Below are positions 8,232-16,021 of a stretch of DNA of 20,000 bases, in pieces (position 1 is the stretch's first letter; the number at the start of each line of letters is the position of its first letter). Under the pieces are notes generated by a model that did not search any database, was not told the DNA's origin, and saw nothing but the letters and a program-made list of their open reading frames with translations. A program made the translations under genes and the position numbers. Source of the stretch: an uncultured virus (IMG/VR IMGVR_UViG_3300024507_000487) (taxonomy: Duplodnaviria > Heunggongvirae > Uroviricota > Caudoviricetes); IMG/VR virus record IMGVR_UViG_3300024507_000487; one strand, written 5' to 3'.

Positions 8232-8244
8232 GATAATCCTTGTT

Positions 8245-8315
8245 TGGTGGGCGGTTTAGCCAACAAGGCTAATTAGTAGAAGTTTCCCTGCCTAGTGAAT
8301 CAACTACTACCGCCC
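8245..8315 (-). ncRNA. Putative tRNA-like structured RNA, copy 2 (71 nt)
   Basis: Same GGGCGGU/ACCGCCC-A-CCA frame; hairpins AGUAG/CUACU and UUAGCC-UUGUU-GGCUAA. Confidence 0.65.
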
Positions 8316-8324
8316 ATATATTTA

Positions 8325-8651
8325 CTATACTTCTTCAGAAAATTTTTCTAGAGTAACAATCTTTTTTTCACCACTTATAATAACTTTATTCTTTAATACA
8401 TCCCATGTTAATAATCCATCTACACTATCATAATTTTGAAAATCATATTTATATATCGGTTCTACTATGTATGATTTATCACTATAAACATCATCGCCCC
8501 AATCAACAACATAACTTTGATCTTGCATGATAATTACATTACTTATTATTGATATTTCTTTATTTTCATAAGAAAACATTACATATACTTTTGATATGTG
8601 AATGTCATTTAATCTTTTGAATAACTCACTTTTTGTCATCTGTTTTTCCAC
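8325..8651 (-). CDS. Hypothetical protein
   Basis: 108-aa ORF in operon-like run. Confidence 0.65.
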   Translation of the reverse strand: MEKQMTKSELFKRLNDIHISKVYVMFSYENKEISIISNVIIMQDQSYVVDWGDDVYSDKSYIVEPIYKYDFQNYDSVDGLLTWDVLKNKVIISGEKKIVTLEKFSEEV

Positions 8652-8949
8652 TTAATTTATGACAAAATGCTTCAACAATTTCTTTATACATGTTTTTATC
8701 CAAAATAGTCTTTAGCCTATAAACTTCTTTCAAAAGCTTTTGTATATCTTCTATAGAATTAACTAAAAATTTTAAGTCTTCTTCCGTAGATACATCTGCA
8801 ATCCATTCTCCATGATAAAAATATGCTCGCTCCTTACTTTCTGAATATATGCTTGTTTTTCCATTTTCAGAATACGAAGAAACCCAAGGACCAGGAGTTG
8901 CTCTGTATAATCTATTTTCTATTTCACGCAATTCTTTTTCTGACAACAT
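8626..8949 (-). CDS. Phage protein with ATPGPW motif (Ead/Ea22-like)
   Basis: ELREIE...RATPGPW...D..F....EDIQKLLKEVYRL. Confidence 0.65.
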   Translation of the reverse strand: MLSEKELREIENRLYRATPGPWVSSYSENGKTSIYSESKERAYFYHGEWIADVSTEEDLKFLVNSIEDIQKLLKEVYRLKTILDKNMYKEIVEAFCHKLSGKTDDKK

Positions 8950-9080
8950 GGCTTAATAAGCCCTTTCAATCTTCTTATTTCTGCAATAAGCTTGGTAACA
9001 TTTTCATTAGAAACCCAATTTCCATTATTGGATTGCATGTCTTTTTCAATCTCTTGAATAAATTCTTCTGTTACTTCCAT
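8919..9080 (-). CDS. Small hypothetical protein (53 aa; not in ORF track)
   Basis: Hand translation MEVTEEFIQEIEKD...KLIAEIRRLKG...; GAGGAG RBS; fills the gap between neighbours. Confidence 0.6.
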   Translation of the reverse strand: MEVTEEFIQEIEKDMQSNNGNWVSNENVTKLIAEIRRLKGLIKPCCQKKNCVK

Positions 9081-9316
9081 AACTTAAACTCCTCATAAAT
9101 AAGTTGTTGGCACTCATGAATTACTTTTATCTTTATCATTTGTTTTTCTGAATAAGCAGGAACATCATTAATAGATTCGTCTGGTATAACTCTTTGTTCC
9201 ATCTCATAAAGGTTATTCATTAATTTTTCACCAATTTCCTTGTGATAAATATATTGTTTATAATAACTTCCAACCAATGCTAAAATCACTAATAAAAAAA
9301 CATTAATAGGTTTCAT
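9071..9316 (-). CDS. Hypothetical protein with N-terminal transmembrane segment
   Basis: VFLLVILALVG hydrophobic stretch. Confidence 0.65.
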   Translation of the reverse strand: MKPINVFLLVILALVGSYYKQYIYHKEIGEKLMNNLYEMEQRVIPDESINDVPAYSEKQMIKIKVIHECQQLIYEEFKLWK

Positions 9317-9632
9317 TTTTCATCATAAAATATTTAAAAAGCGTTTCTACTAAATCTTCTGCTGATTGATTTGCCAATATTGCATCTTGATCATTTAATT
9401 GCATTAGCTTTCCTGCTGGATCAATAATGGCTATTTCTGCATCACTTGATTTTAAAAATTTCTTATCTTCTTTGCCTAAATTTTCGCAGTAGTTTCTTAC
9501 TCCAAATCTTACTGACAAAGTATATCCATTCTTAAAACCAATTTTAAATCCATTGCCATCTTTTTTATTGCAGGAAAACATATTTTTCTCCTGCTTGCGT
9601 CCAAACATTCGGTGCATAGGATCTGTAGTCAT
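9303..9632 (-). CDS. Conserved phage hypothetical protein
   Basis: GFKIGFKNGYTLSV.FG..NYC...AEIAI pattern common in phage ORFs. Confidence 0.65.
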   Translation of the reverse strand: MTTDPMHRMFGRKQEKNMFSCNKKDGNGFKIGFKNGYTLSVRFGVRNYCENLGKEDKKFLKSSDAEIAIIDPAGKLMQLNDQDAILANQSAEDLVETLFKYFMMKNETY

Positions 9633-9762
9633 ATGCTTTTGCTTTTTCCAGTTCTAATCTTAGATTTTTAATCTCATCAACAAGAAGCAAACACAATCTT
9701 CTTGGATCTCCAAAAACATCTCTTGTTTCTATAACTAATTTAATTTTTTCTTCATCTGTCAT
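9565..9762 (-). CDS. Hypothetical protein
   Basis: 65-aa ORF; ATGA overlap with upstream gene. Confidence 0.6.
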   Translation of the reverse strand: MTDEEKIKLVIETRDVFGDPRRLCLLLVDEIKNLRLELEKAKAYDYRSYAPNVWTQAGEKYVFLQ

Positions 9763-9944
9763 TTTATTTTCCGTATTTTATTTTCTATTGAACAAATAAC
9801 TTTTAATATTTCTAAACCGCACTTTTCATCTATAATCTTATTCGCCTCTTCTTCAAAGATTTTTAGTATTTTTTGATTTTTTCTTATACTTTTTATCGTT
9901 AGAAAACTTAAAATTATTAGTAATAGAAAAAGTAAATATGTCAT
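9759..9944 (-). CDS. Small membrane protein
   Basis: N-terminal hydrophobic helix followed by basic residues. Confidence 0.6.
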   Translation of the reverse strand: MTYLLFLLLIILSFLTIKSIRKNQKILKIFEEEANKIIDEKCGLEILKVICSIENKIRKIK

Positions 9945-10140
9945 TTATGTCACCGAATACATCAGGATTTTTTTTAGATATTTGTTTTAAATGATAATCC
10001 CAAGGAAAATGTCTTAAAAGTCTTTTTGCTGAAAGTCTTATGTATTTTGGAACTTTTGGCGTTTTTTTGGGATTAATTAAATCTATTAAAAAATCTCTAG
10101 TTTGTATCACACTCCTTGTTCTTTCTTGTGGCAATGTCAT
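9853..10140 (-). CDS. BPSL0761-like protein
   Basis: MTLPQERTRSVIQTRDFL...PKVPK.IR..AKRLLRHFP. Confidence 0.65.
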   Translation of the reverse strand: MTLPQERTRSVIQTRDFLIDLINPKKTPKVPKYIRLSAKRLLRHFPWDYHLKQISKKNPDVFGDINDIFTFSITNNFKFSNDKKYKKKSKNTKNL

Positions 10141-10321
10141 TTTTTAGCCTTTCTATTTCTAGTAAAAGAAAATGTATTGCACATCTTGCATTTGCCAAAT
10201 AGCATTCTCCATAATGCTTATCTACTTTTGGTTTCCATGTTTCTTTTATTTTGTTTAACTGCTCATTGTTCATTATGATTTTCCAAAAATATAGGAGTGC
10301 CTTCGCCCATGTATGCACCAA
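10097..10321 (-). CDS. Hypothetical protein (true start probably at MNNEQ)
   Basis: ORF track; overlaps both neighbours. Confidence 0.55.
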   Translation of the reverse strand: MVHTWAKALLYFWKIIMNNEQLNKIKETWKPKVDKHYGECYLANARCAIHFLLLEIERLKNDIATRKNKECDTN

Positions 10322-10529
10322 CCATATTATATTCGTAAAACTCTATAGCTTCTTCAGTTGTCATGCCTTGTTCTTCTACCATTTTATGTAAAATCTTATT
10401 AGTGTCATAGATTATTTTATAATCATGAAATATTCTTCCAACTCCAATTATACAATCGTCATAACCATTTGCATACAAAGGGTTTGCTCCAATTTCTTCG
10501 CAATAAATTTCAGCTTCTTCTCTTGTCAT
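10263..10529 (-). CDS. Conserved phage hypothetical protein
   Basis: GYDDCIIG...YD..K......GMT.EEA.EF.EYN..GAY.GE.TPIF, a pattern widespread in aquatic phage genomes. Confidence 0.75.
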   Translation of the reverse strand: MTREEAEIYCEEIGANPLYANGYDDCIIGVGRIFHDYKIIYDTNKILHKMVEEQGMTTEEAIEFYEYNMVGAYMGEGTPIFLENHNEQ

Positions 10530-10872
10530 TTTTCTTCATCCTCTTAAATTTCTTTACGGCAGCTATTAACTTTTTAGTTCTTTCTTTAATAATAGCTTCA
10601 TCCTGTTTTAGTTTCTTGTCAAAAGACTGAATATTTTTAATCTCTATTTTTTGTTCTAGTTCATAATAATAAGAAAGCTTCGCTTTCTTTTTAAGACATT
10701 CATCGCATATATAAATTTCTATTCGTGCATTTTCTTCATATGGATCAAATATAGAACTTCCATATTTTCCATCTGATGAAAAAGATACAGCGTCATACGG
10801 AGGATCTTCTATATTAGTATATAAACCTTTGAGTTTTTTATTGCAGCAGAAGCAGTTTCTTTTAATTGCCAT
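10510..10872 (-). CDS. Hypothetical Zn-binding protein
   Basis: CFCC...G.YGSSIFD...ICDEC. Confidence 0.7.
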   Translation of the reverse strand: MAIKRNCFCCNKKLKGLYTNIEDPPYDAVSFSSDGKYGSSIFDPYEENARIEIYICDECLKKKAKLSYYYELEQKIEIKNIQSFDKKLKQDEAIIKERTKKLIAAVKKFKRMKKNDKRRS

Positions 10873-11023
10873 TTTTTATCTCTGTATTAAAAAATAACTT
10901 TGAAAAAACGATAGACCTTAAAACAGTTTGTTCTTCTACTGTTAGCTTCGCAAACAATTCTCCATTATTCCCACCAGACAACTGATACATCGCAAAAATT
11001 AAATTTATCATTTCCTTTTCCAT
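10862..11023 (-). CDS. Small hypothetical protein (53 aa; not in ORF track)
   Basis: Hand translation MEKEMINLIFAMYQLSGG...; AAGGA upstream; fills the gap. Confidence 0.5.
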   Translation of the reverse strand: MEKEMINLIFAMYQLSGGNNGELFAKLTVEEQTVLRSIVFSKLFFNTEIKNGN

Positions 11024-11024
11024 A

Positions 11025-11237
11025 TTAATCCTTCAAATTTTTTAGGTCACGAATATCTAAAGCTTCGGCTAAATCACAATGCAGACCAAATGAGAAAGGC
11101 ATTTTAACTACTATTTTATTGTTGTCTTCGTCATCAACGAAGTCAAACGCTCTTTGACATGCTTTACGCAGCTTTTTATTCTTTTCTTCAAGTTCTTGAA
11201 TTCTTTTTTTTAATTCCTCAATAATTAGTTCTGACAT
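11025..11237 (-). CDS. Hypothetical coiled-coil protein
   Basis: ELKKRIQELEEKNKKLRK heptads. Confidence 0.65.
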   Translation of the reverse strand: MSELIIEELKKRIQELEEKNKKLRKACQRAFDFVDDEDNNKIVVKMPFSFGLHCDLAEALDIRDLKNLKD

Positions 11238-11246
11238 AGCTCATTC

Positions 11247-11636
11247 CTAATTTTTCTTCTCACATAAAAAACAATGAACTTTATGATCTTTATCAATCGA
11301 ATCAACTGTTTCATCAATAATCGCTTTATGTCCACAATAAAGAGTTACTGACCATTTATTAGCTGCTACTGGCGTTAATTCTTTATAATTTCCTACGCAA
11401 TGTAACACAAAACAATTAATGTTTTCCTGAGTTTCAAAATCTAAAGCTTTTATATTTAAAATACTGACATTTGTATTCCCAACATTAACAATTGTACATG
11501 TGCCAGTTTTAGTAAAAGGTTTATTTTTATAAAGTTTTACTAAATCAAATATGGCTACCTTATTGCTTAAAAAAACACGCTTCACATTTTCACTTGCAAA
11601 AAGAAGATACTTTTCGCCATCCATTTCTATCTTCAT
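11247..11636 (-). CDS. Hypothetical protein with C-terminal W..TLYCGH...CFLC Zn-binding motif
   Basis: Same ligand pattern as 2903..3331; AAGGAG RBS. Confidence 0.65.
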   Translation of the reverse strand: MKIEMDGEKYLLFASENVKRVFLSNKVAIFDLVKLYKNKPFTKTGTCTIVNVGNTNVSILNIKALDFETQENINCFVLHCVGNYKELTPVAANKWSVTLYCGHKAIIDETVDSIDKDHKVHCFLCEKKN

Positions 11637-11662
11637 AATAAACTCCTTTTGTTGCTTAATAT

Positions 11663-11690
11663 TTATTCGCCAATTGTCAGTAATTATTTA
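11663..11690 (-). promoter_or_regulatory. Putative promoter TAAA-N17-CGAATAA
   Basis: Copy of the motif 26 nt upstream of ATG 11636. Confidence 0.65.
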
Positions 11691-12347
11691 CAGCAGTATA
11701 TTATAATCAGATAAATTTATATCTATTTTTTTTGCATTTTCATTAAATTTATTAGATATATTTTTTCCATGTATTAATTCTAGTGCTAAATTTTCTTTTA
11801 TTTTAAATATTTTATATTTACTTGAATAATTAACATGTTTATCTTCATAAATGTCTTTTTCAATATTATTTGTTTTTATACTTACAAAGTGAGAAGGATA
11901 AATATTTTTTTGACAAAATAAATTTTTTGATAAATCAAAAGATGAATAATTTATATCTATAAGATATTCGTCTTCATATACTGAAGAATTATTTTTTATT
12001 TCTTCTGTAAAATCATTTCTATAAATATCATCGCTGTCAAATCTAGAGAAAACAAATGGATGGTTTAAATTAGAAATTTCTTTTCTTATATTTAAATTTT
12101 CATCTTTATTAAAATAAATATGTATTCTATCATCTATTTTTATTTTGTTTAAGATTTCATTTGGTGTTTCTGAATCACATTTAATCATCCAAAAAAAGTT
12201 TTTGTTTTTTTGTCCTAAAACTGATGGGGCGCAGAATTTATTAAATAATTCTAATCTATAATTTAACCAATTTTCATTTAAATGCTTCTTATATTTTATA
12301 AAAGAATACTTTAAATTAAATCTAGTTTCGATAAAATGATTTATCAT
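11688..12347 (-). CDS. GT-A fold glycosyltransferase (putative rhamnosyltransferase-like family)
   Basis: HFIETRFNL...WLNYRLELF..FC.PSV.GQ...F.W...RFDSDD...HG.N. Confidence 0.8.
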   Translation of the reverse strand: MINHFIETRFNLKYSFIKYKKHLNENWLNYRLELFNKFCAPSVLGQKNKNFFWMIKCDSETPNEILNKIKIDDRIHIYFNKDENLNIRKEISNLNHPFVFSRFDSDDIYRNDFTEEIKNNSSVYEDEYLIDINYSSFDLSKNLFCQKNIYPSHFVSIKTNNIEKDIYEDKHVNYSSKYKIFKIKENLALELIHGKNISNKFNENAKKIDINLSDYNILL

Positions 12348-12367
12348 TCACATTCCAAAAAACAAGG

Positions 12368-12997
12368 ATGCATATGTCAAATTTAAGTTTTGGTTTTTCA
12401 GTAGCTTCATATTTAAACGATGAACCAAATAGAATCAATAAATTATACTGTTTAGTTTATTCATTTTTATCTCAATCTTATGAAAATTGGAAATTAAATA
12501 TAGTTCATGATGGAAAAATAACAGATGAAAAAATTAGAAAAAAATATTATGAACTGGAACTTTTATCGGAAAAAATAAAATGTTTTGAGTCTAATGAAAG
12601 ATTAAATCATTGGGGCCATGAATATAGAAGAGAATATGCACTTAAAACAGATTGTGACATACTTGGTTTTACAAATGAAGATAATTACTATAATCCAAAA
12701 ATATTAAACTTATTGAATAATATATTTTTAACAAAAGAGTGCAATGTAGTTATATCTGAATGCATACATAGAATAAAAAATGATCCTTATTTATACAAAA
12801 TATTAAAATCCACAAAACCAATTCCAAAAAATGGAACTATTGATTTATGTTGTTATTTTTTAAAAAGGGAATTAGTAAATAATACTGAATGGAAATCTTT
12901 TGGATATGGAGCAGACTTTTCATACATAACAAAAATTATAAAAGAAAATAAAACTAACATACATTTTATTAATTTTCCATTGATGTTCCATAATTAA
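12368..12997 (+). CDS. Glycosyltransferase family 2-like protein
   Basis: SFLSQSYENW.L.IVHDG...NHWGH..R...FTNEDNYY...GADF; only convincing plus-strand gene. Confidence 0.8.
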   Translation: MHMSNLSFGFSVASYLNDEPNRINKLYCLVYSFLSQSYENWKLNIVHDGKITDEKIRKKYYELELLSEKIKCFESNERLNHWGHEYRREYALKTDCDILGFTNEDNYYNPKILNLLNNIFLTKECNVVISECIHRIKNDPYLYKILKSTKPIPKNGTIDLCCYFLKRELVNNTEWKSFGYGADFSYITKIIKENKTNIHFINFPLMFHN

Positions 12998-13020
12998 AAA
13001 ATGCCCCAATTAAGGGGCAT
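12995..13020 (-). terminator. Intrinsic terminator between convergent genes (possibly bidirectional)
   Basis: ATGCCCC-6 nt-GGGGCAT hairpin (13001-13020) with a T-tract on the minus strand. Confidence 0.75.
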
Positions 13021-13036
13021 TAATTAACTTTATATT

Positions 13037-13468
13037 TTACTTTTCTTCAGCCAACCTCACAGGAACATCCTCTGTTTTAATAGAAGATGTTTTTATATTA
13101 TCTAGTGGCAATTTAGTATTAGCATTTGGAATTTCGTTATACCCAAACTGCTTGATTGCGTTGTGATATCCTTCTGCATAACTAGAGTTTTGATAAATCT
13201 TTGCAGCAGCAGTAAATCCATCGGTATAGGCTCCTGGGCTTGTTGGAGTACCCATTTTAATTACTGCATCACGATAACCACTTTCATAATCTGGCTTGTA
13301 TCTAACTTCATTTAGTTCGTCACGCAAAATCCTAGATTCTGCACTATAAATGCTTGCCATAAAGTTATATCGTGCATTTTGATACACAATATAAAATGTG
13401 CTTCCCATAATGTAAAAAGAACAAAGCAAAAGGCTAACTGGCATAATCTTCTTAAAACTTTCCATCAT
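13037..13468 (-). CDS. Membrane-anchored hypothetical protein with three YxxG(Y/F)xxA repeats
   Basis: N-terminal TM; YESGYRDA, YTDGFTAA, YAEGYHNA. Confidence 0.7.
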   Translation of the reverse strand: MMESFKKIMPVSLLLCSFYIMGSTFYIVYQNARYNFMASIYSAESRILRDELNEVRYKPDYESGYRDAVIKMGTPTSPGAYTDGFTAAAKIYQNSSYAEGYHNAIKQFGYNEIPNANTKLPLDNIKTSSIKTEDVPVRLAEEK

Positions 13469-13495
13469 TCTCTCCTTTGGGTTTGTGTTAAAAAT

Positions 13496-13681
13496 TCAAG
13501 CTACAATACTTACCAAATCATATCTTCGTGTCAATCTATCTGTTCCAAAAATAGAAAAATAATCTTCACGAATAGTGTCAGCATCGTCAAAACTTATGTT
13601 TTTTATCTTTCTTCCTAGTTGTCGAGCCATAACTTTAGCTATTTTTATTGCTGTCTTTTTAGCTTTCGCCTGTCTCGTCAT
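13496..13681 (-). CDS. Small basic hypothetical protein
   Basis: 61 aa; GGAGGG RBS. Confidence 0.65.
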   Translation of the reverse strand: MTRQAKAKKTAIKIAKVMARQLGRKIKNISFDDADTIREDYFSIFGTDRLTRRYDLVSIVA

Positions 13682-13855
13682 ATGCCCTCCATTGCAAATT
13701 TTGAAGTCCTGTATGCTCCTTTGTTTTTTCTACAACAATATCGGCATGAACCTCATTTAAACAATGAAATACGAATGCCTTGTTTTTGTCAATGCTAAAC
13801 TGAGTATTATCTTTTTTTGAAAAAACTTCTCCGTGTTCATTAACTACTACAACCG

Positions 13856-14071
13856 CTATTTTTTTAATAGTGTGTAGCCCATACTCCGCAATTTCTGTTC
13901 CGTTAATATGTCACCTCTTTTTCCTGCACCACCTTGTGCAAACATTAATTTCCTGTCTTTTCCGCATCTTTCAATCCAGATTTGTTCTGGCATTTTCCTA
14001 GAACAAACATGGATAACATACATTGTCCAGTTTGATCTAGGTAAAACCCACTTTTCAAAATTAGTCTTCAT
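13856..14071 (-). CDS. Hypothetical protein
   Basis: 71-aa ORF overlapping the upstream stop. Confidence 0.6.
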   Translation of the reverse strand: MKTNFEKWVLPRSNWTMYVIHVCSRKMPEQIWIERCGKDRKLMFAQGGAGKRGDILTEQKLRSMGYTLLKK

Positions 14072-14297
14072 ATTCGATTACCATAGTGTAAGTCCAAGAA
14101 GAACCGCTACCAGAAGAACTTCTAGTAATAGTCTGATATGAAGTAGAAACAAGTCTAGCATTTCTATAGCAATCAGTCATAGCTTCAGAAAGGCTTTTTC
14201 CAAAACCGCTAACAGTTTGCCTAACCTTCTTTTTTGCAAGAGCAAAGCCAGCTGTAAGAACAGACGCTACAGTTGTAATAAAGAACCTTCTATACAT
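14061..14297 (-). CDS. Small exported protein with Tat-like signal
   Basis: MYRRFF + hydrophobic stretch + ALA; AGGAG RBS. Confidence 0.6.
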   Translation of the reverse strand: MYRRFFITTVASVLTAGFALAKKKVRQTVSGFGKSLSEAMTDCYRNARLVSTSYQTITRSSSGSGSSWTYTMVIEYED

Positions 14298-14388
14298 ATC
14301 TATTACTCCTAAAAAGACCTATAACAAAAGTTAAGATACAACCAAAGATTAAAAAATAGTCAGCACCGGCAGTTGGCTTTAGTGGCAT
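14290..14388 (-). CDS. 32-aa single-TM peptide (not in ORF track)
   Basis: Hand translation MPLKPTAGADYFLIFGCILTFVIGLFRSNRYV; GAGGAG RBS; promoter motif directly upstream. Confidence 0.55.
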   Translation of the reverse strand: MPLKPTAGADYFLIFGCILTFVIGLFRSNRYV

Positions 14389-14403
14389 TTTAGTCTCCTC
14401 TAT

Positions 14404-14667
14404 TTATTTATTCGCCTTCTGAATGATTTTATTTAGCGAATCCACATCAAATCCCTGAGTTCCAAAAAATGGTTTGGCATTTTTCTTTTTTGTCACTAGG
14501 TTTACGCCAGATCTTTTTAAGGAGTACGCCCTGTTCTTTACAGAAGAAACACTAAGGCCAAAATATTCTGCCACTTCTTCAAAAGAATCCTTTTCGGTAA
14601 ATACCTTTACAAATTCTTCTGGAGTAATAGAGCGATTTTGTTTCCAGCTTTGTCCTTTGTTAGCCAT
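14404..14667 (-). CDS. Helix-turn-helix protein
   Basis: SFEEVAEYFGLSVSSVKNRAYSLKRSGV. Confidence 0.7.
   Translation of the reverse strand: MANKGQSWKQNRSITPEEFVKVFTEKDSFEEVAEYFGLSVSSVKNRAYSLKRSGVNLVTKKKNAKPFFGTQGFDVDSLNKIIQKANK
14408..14435 (-). promoter_or_regulatory. Putative promoter TAAA-N17-CGAATAA
   Basis: Motif at the 3' end of the HTH gene, upstream of ATG 14388. Confidence 0.55.
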
Positions 14668-14701
14668 TTAATTTTCAACCCTTCTAGTATGAGTAGTACA
14701 G

Positions 14702-14914
14702 TTATTTAGATAAAAGATTGTCATCCATTTCAAGAACTTTCATTACCGCCAATTTATTTTTATGATAAGTCCTGTAAACAGTCTTATGTTCATTGTAATG
14801 GTCAATAATTTTTAATGTTACAAGAGGAGTGCCATTTTTACTTTGCCACTCTTTTTCAAGAAGTCCGGCACGAATTTGGTTATCTTTATAACCATTAATA
14901 AGATACATTTTCAT
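14702..14914 (-). CDS. Hypothetical protein
   Basis: 70 aa; AGGAG RBS. Confidence 0.65.
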   Translation of the reverse strand: MKMYLINGYKDNQIRAGLLEKEWQSKNGTPLVTLKIIDHYNEHKTVYRTYHKNKLAVMKVLEMDDNLLSK

Positions 14915-14924
14915 TTTATTCTCC

Positions 14925-15080
14925 TTATTTTGGAAAAGTATAAGTATATCTAAAACTCACATTTACTTTTTCTATCTCTCTAGAATCATAGGGAGATATG
15001 CTGGTTGATACAGATTGCTCAACAGTTCCACACCCATTAAGCATCATAAGACACAAGATCAATGCAATCATCTTTAGCAT
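14925..15080 (-). CDS. Small lipoprotein
   Basis: MLKMIALILCLMMLNGC lipobox; C-terminal alternating beta strand; start trimmed to ATG 15080. Confidence 0.65.
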   Translation of the reverse strand: MLKMIALILCLMMLNGCGTVEQSVSTSISPYDSREIEKVNVSFRYTYTFPK

Positions 15081-15216
15081 TTTTATATACCTTTTCTTGT
15101 GCAATAGCTTCACGCTTAGTAATAAAAGCACCAATGATCTTATCTTCGTCTACTACAAGGTAATTTGCAGCAACAGCAAATATATGCCTAGACTGGTTAT
15201 CAATTTGTATAATCAT
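15037..15216 (-). CDS. Small hypothetical protein (59 aa; not in ORF track)
   Basis: Hand translation MIIQIDNQSRHIFAVAANYLVVDEDK...; AAGGAGG RBS. Confidence 0.6.
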   Translation of the reverse strand: MIIQIDNQSRHIFAVAANYLVVDEDKIIGAFITKREAIAQEKVYKNAKDDCIDLVSYDA

Positions 15217-15241
15217 TTTATATCCTCCTTCCTATATTATA

Positions 15242-15269
15242 TTATTCGTCTTACGAATGCCCAGATTTC
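15242..15269 (-). promoter_or_regulatory. Putative promoter GAAA-N17-CGAATAA
   Basis: Variant copy of the motif upstream of ATG 15216. Confidence 0.5.
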
Positions 15270-15457
15270 TTAAATTCTTCCCATTCAGAATCCCATTTCC
15301 AAGGTTTTTCAAAGAAGTAAATAAGCCTATCGGCTGGATTGTCCTCAACAGTTTGTCCATTTGGAAGTTCAATATCTCCAATATTTTCCCACTCTCCAAG
15401 TCCGGCCAGCCATCGTGCTAATGCACAAACATTGCTATGATCTTGAAACCATTTCAT
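15251..15457 (-). CDS. Hypothetical protein
   Basis: FFEKPWKWDSEW motif; AAGGAGG RBS. Confidence 0.7.
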   Translation of the reverse strand: MKWFQDHSNVCALARWLAGLGEWENIGDIELPNGQTVEDNPADRLIYFFEKPWKWDSEWEEFKKSGHS

Positions 15458-15695
15458 TGGATTCCTCCTTCATTTCTTTTGCTAAGTTATTACAAGCAGT
15501 TTCTAACTTTTTAAGTTTAATTGGATAAAACAAGATTTTCATTGCGTGTTTTGCTTTTAACAAAACAGTTAGATTGTCAACCTTTTTAATGGTTAAGCCA
15601 TCTGGAAACAGATCGTTGTTTATTTGAACTTCGTTTTTATAATTAGATGGGTCAACACAAAAATAATTTAAAAGCATTCCATGCGATTCAATCAT
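15435..15695 (-). CDS. Hypothetical protein
   Basis: 86-aa ORF with AAGGA RBS. Confidence 0.65.
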   Translation of the reverse strand: MIESHGMLLNYFCVDPSNYKNEVQINNDLFPDGLTIKKVDNLTVLLKAKHAMKILFYPIKLKKLETACNNLAKEMKEESNEMVSRS

Positions 15696-15705
15696 TGTAT
15701 TTCCT

Positions 15706-15966
15706 TTATTTAATTACTTTCACCTCTAGTTCGTCAGTAACAACCACAAAAAAACTTGCTACAATCTTTCCGGCTTTTGGCAGAAATGGATTGTTAATGC
15801 TTTGCCATACATTAACTCTATATCTATTATCAAAAACATTAACGACAGCAGTTTTGATTATGTCTTTAGGACGGCCACATTGAATAAAAACTTGAGTAAG
15901 AATATCCTCATCGGATAATCTTGGTTTCTTGTTTTTTGAATCTTTCTTGTTTTCCATGCTGGTCAT
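15706..15966 (-). CDS. Hypothetical protein resembling a planctomycete small-protein family
   Basis: GRP.D........VFDNRYRVNV...I..SFFV pattern (from recollection only); AAGGAG RBS. Confidence 0.65.
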   Translation of the reverse strand: MTSMENKKDSKNKKPRLSDEDILTQVFIQCGRPKDIIKTAVVNVFDNRYRVNVWQSINNPFLPKAGKIVASFFVVVTDELEVKVIK

Positions 15967-15993
15967 ATCAAACTCCTTTCTTGCTATATATAT

Positions 15994-16021
15994 TTATTCG
16001 TCAGCAACCTTTTTAAATTTA
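15994..16021 (-). promoter_or_regulatory. Putative promoter TAAA-N17-CGAATAA
   Basis: Motif overlapping the upstream stop, 27 nt before ATG 15966. Confidence 0.6.

Noticed and set aside
6239..8315. The two GGGCGG...CCGCCC elements as terminators, canonical tRNAs, tmRNA or IS ends
   Set aside because: No U-tract, no D or T loop consensus, no G3-U70 or tag ORF, no transposase; kept as an unclassified RNA motif.
13738..13795. GCCGATAT (sigma28 -10-like) and TTGACA upstream of 13496..13681
   Set aside because: Neither has a partner element at the proper spacing, so no promoter is called.
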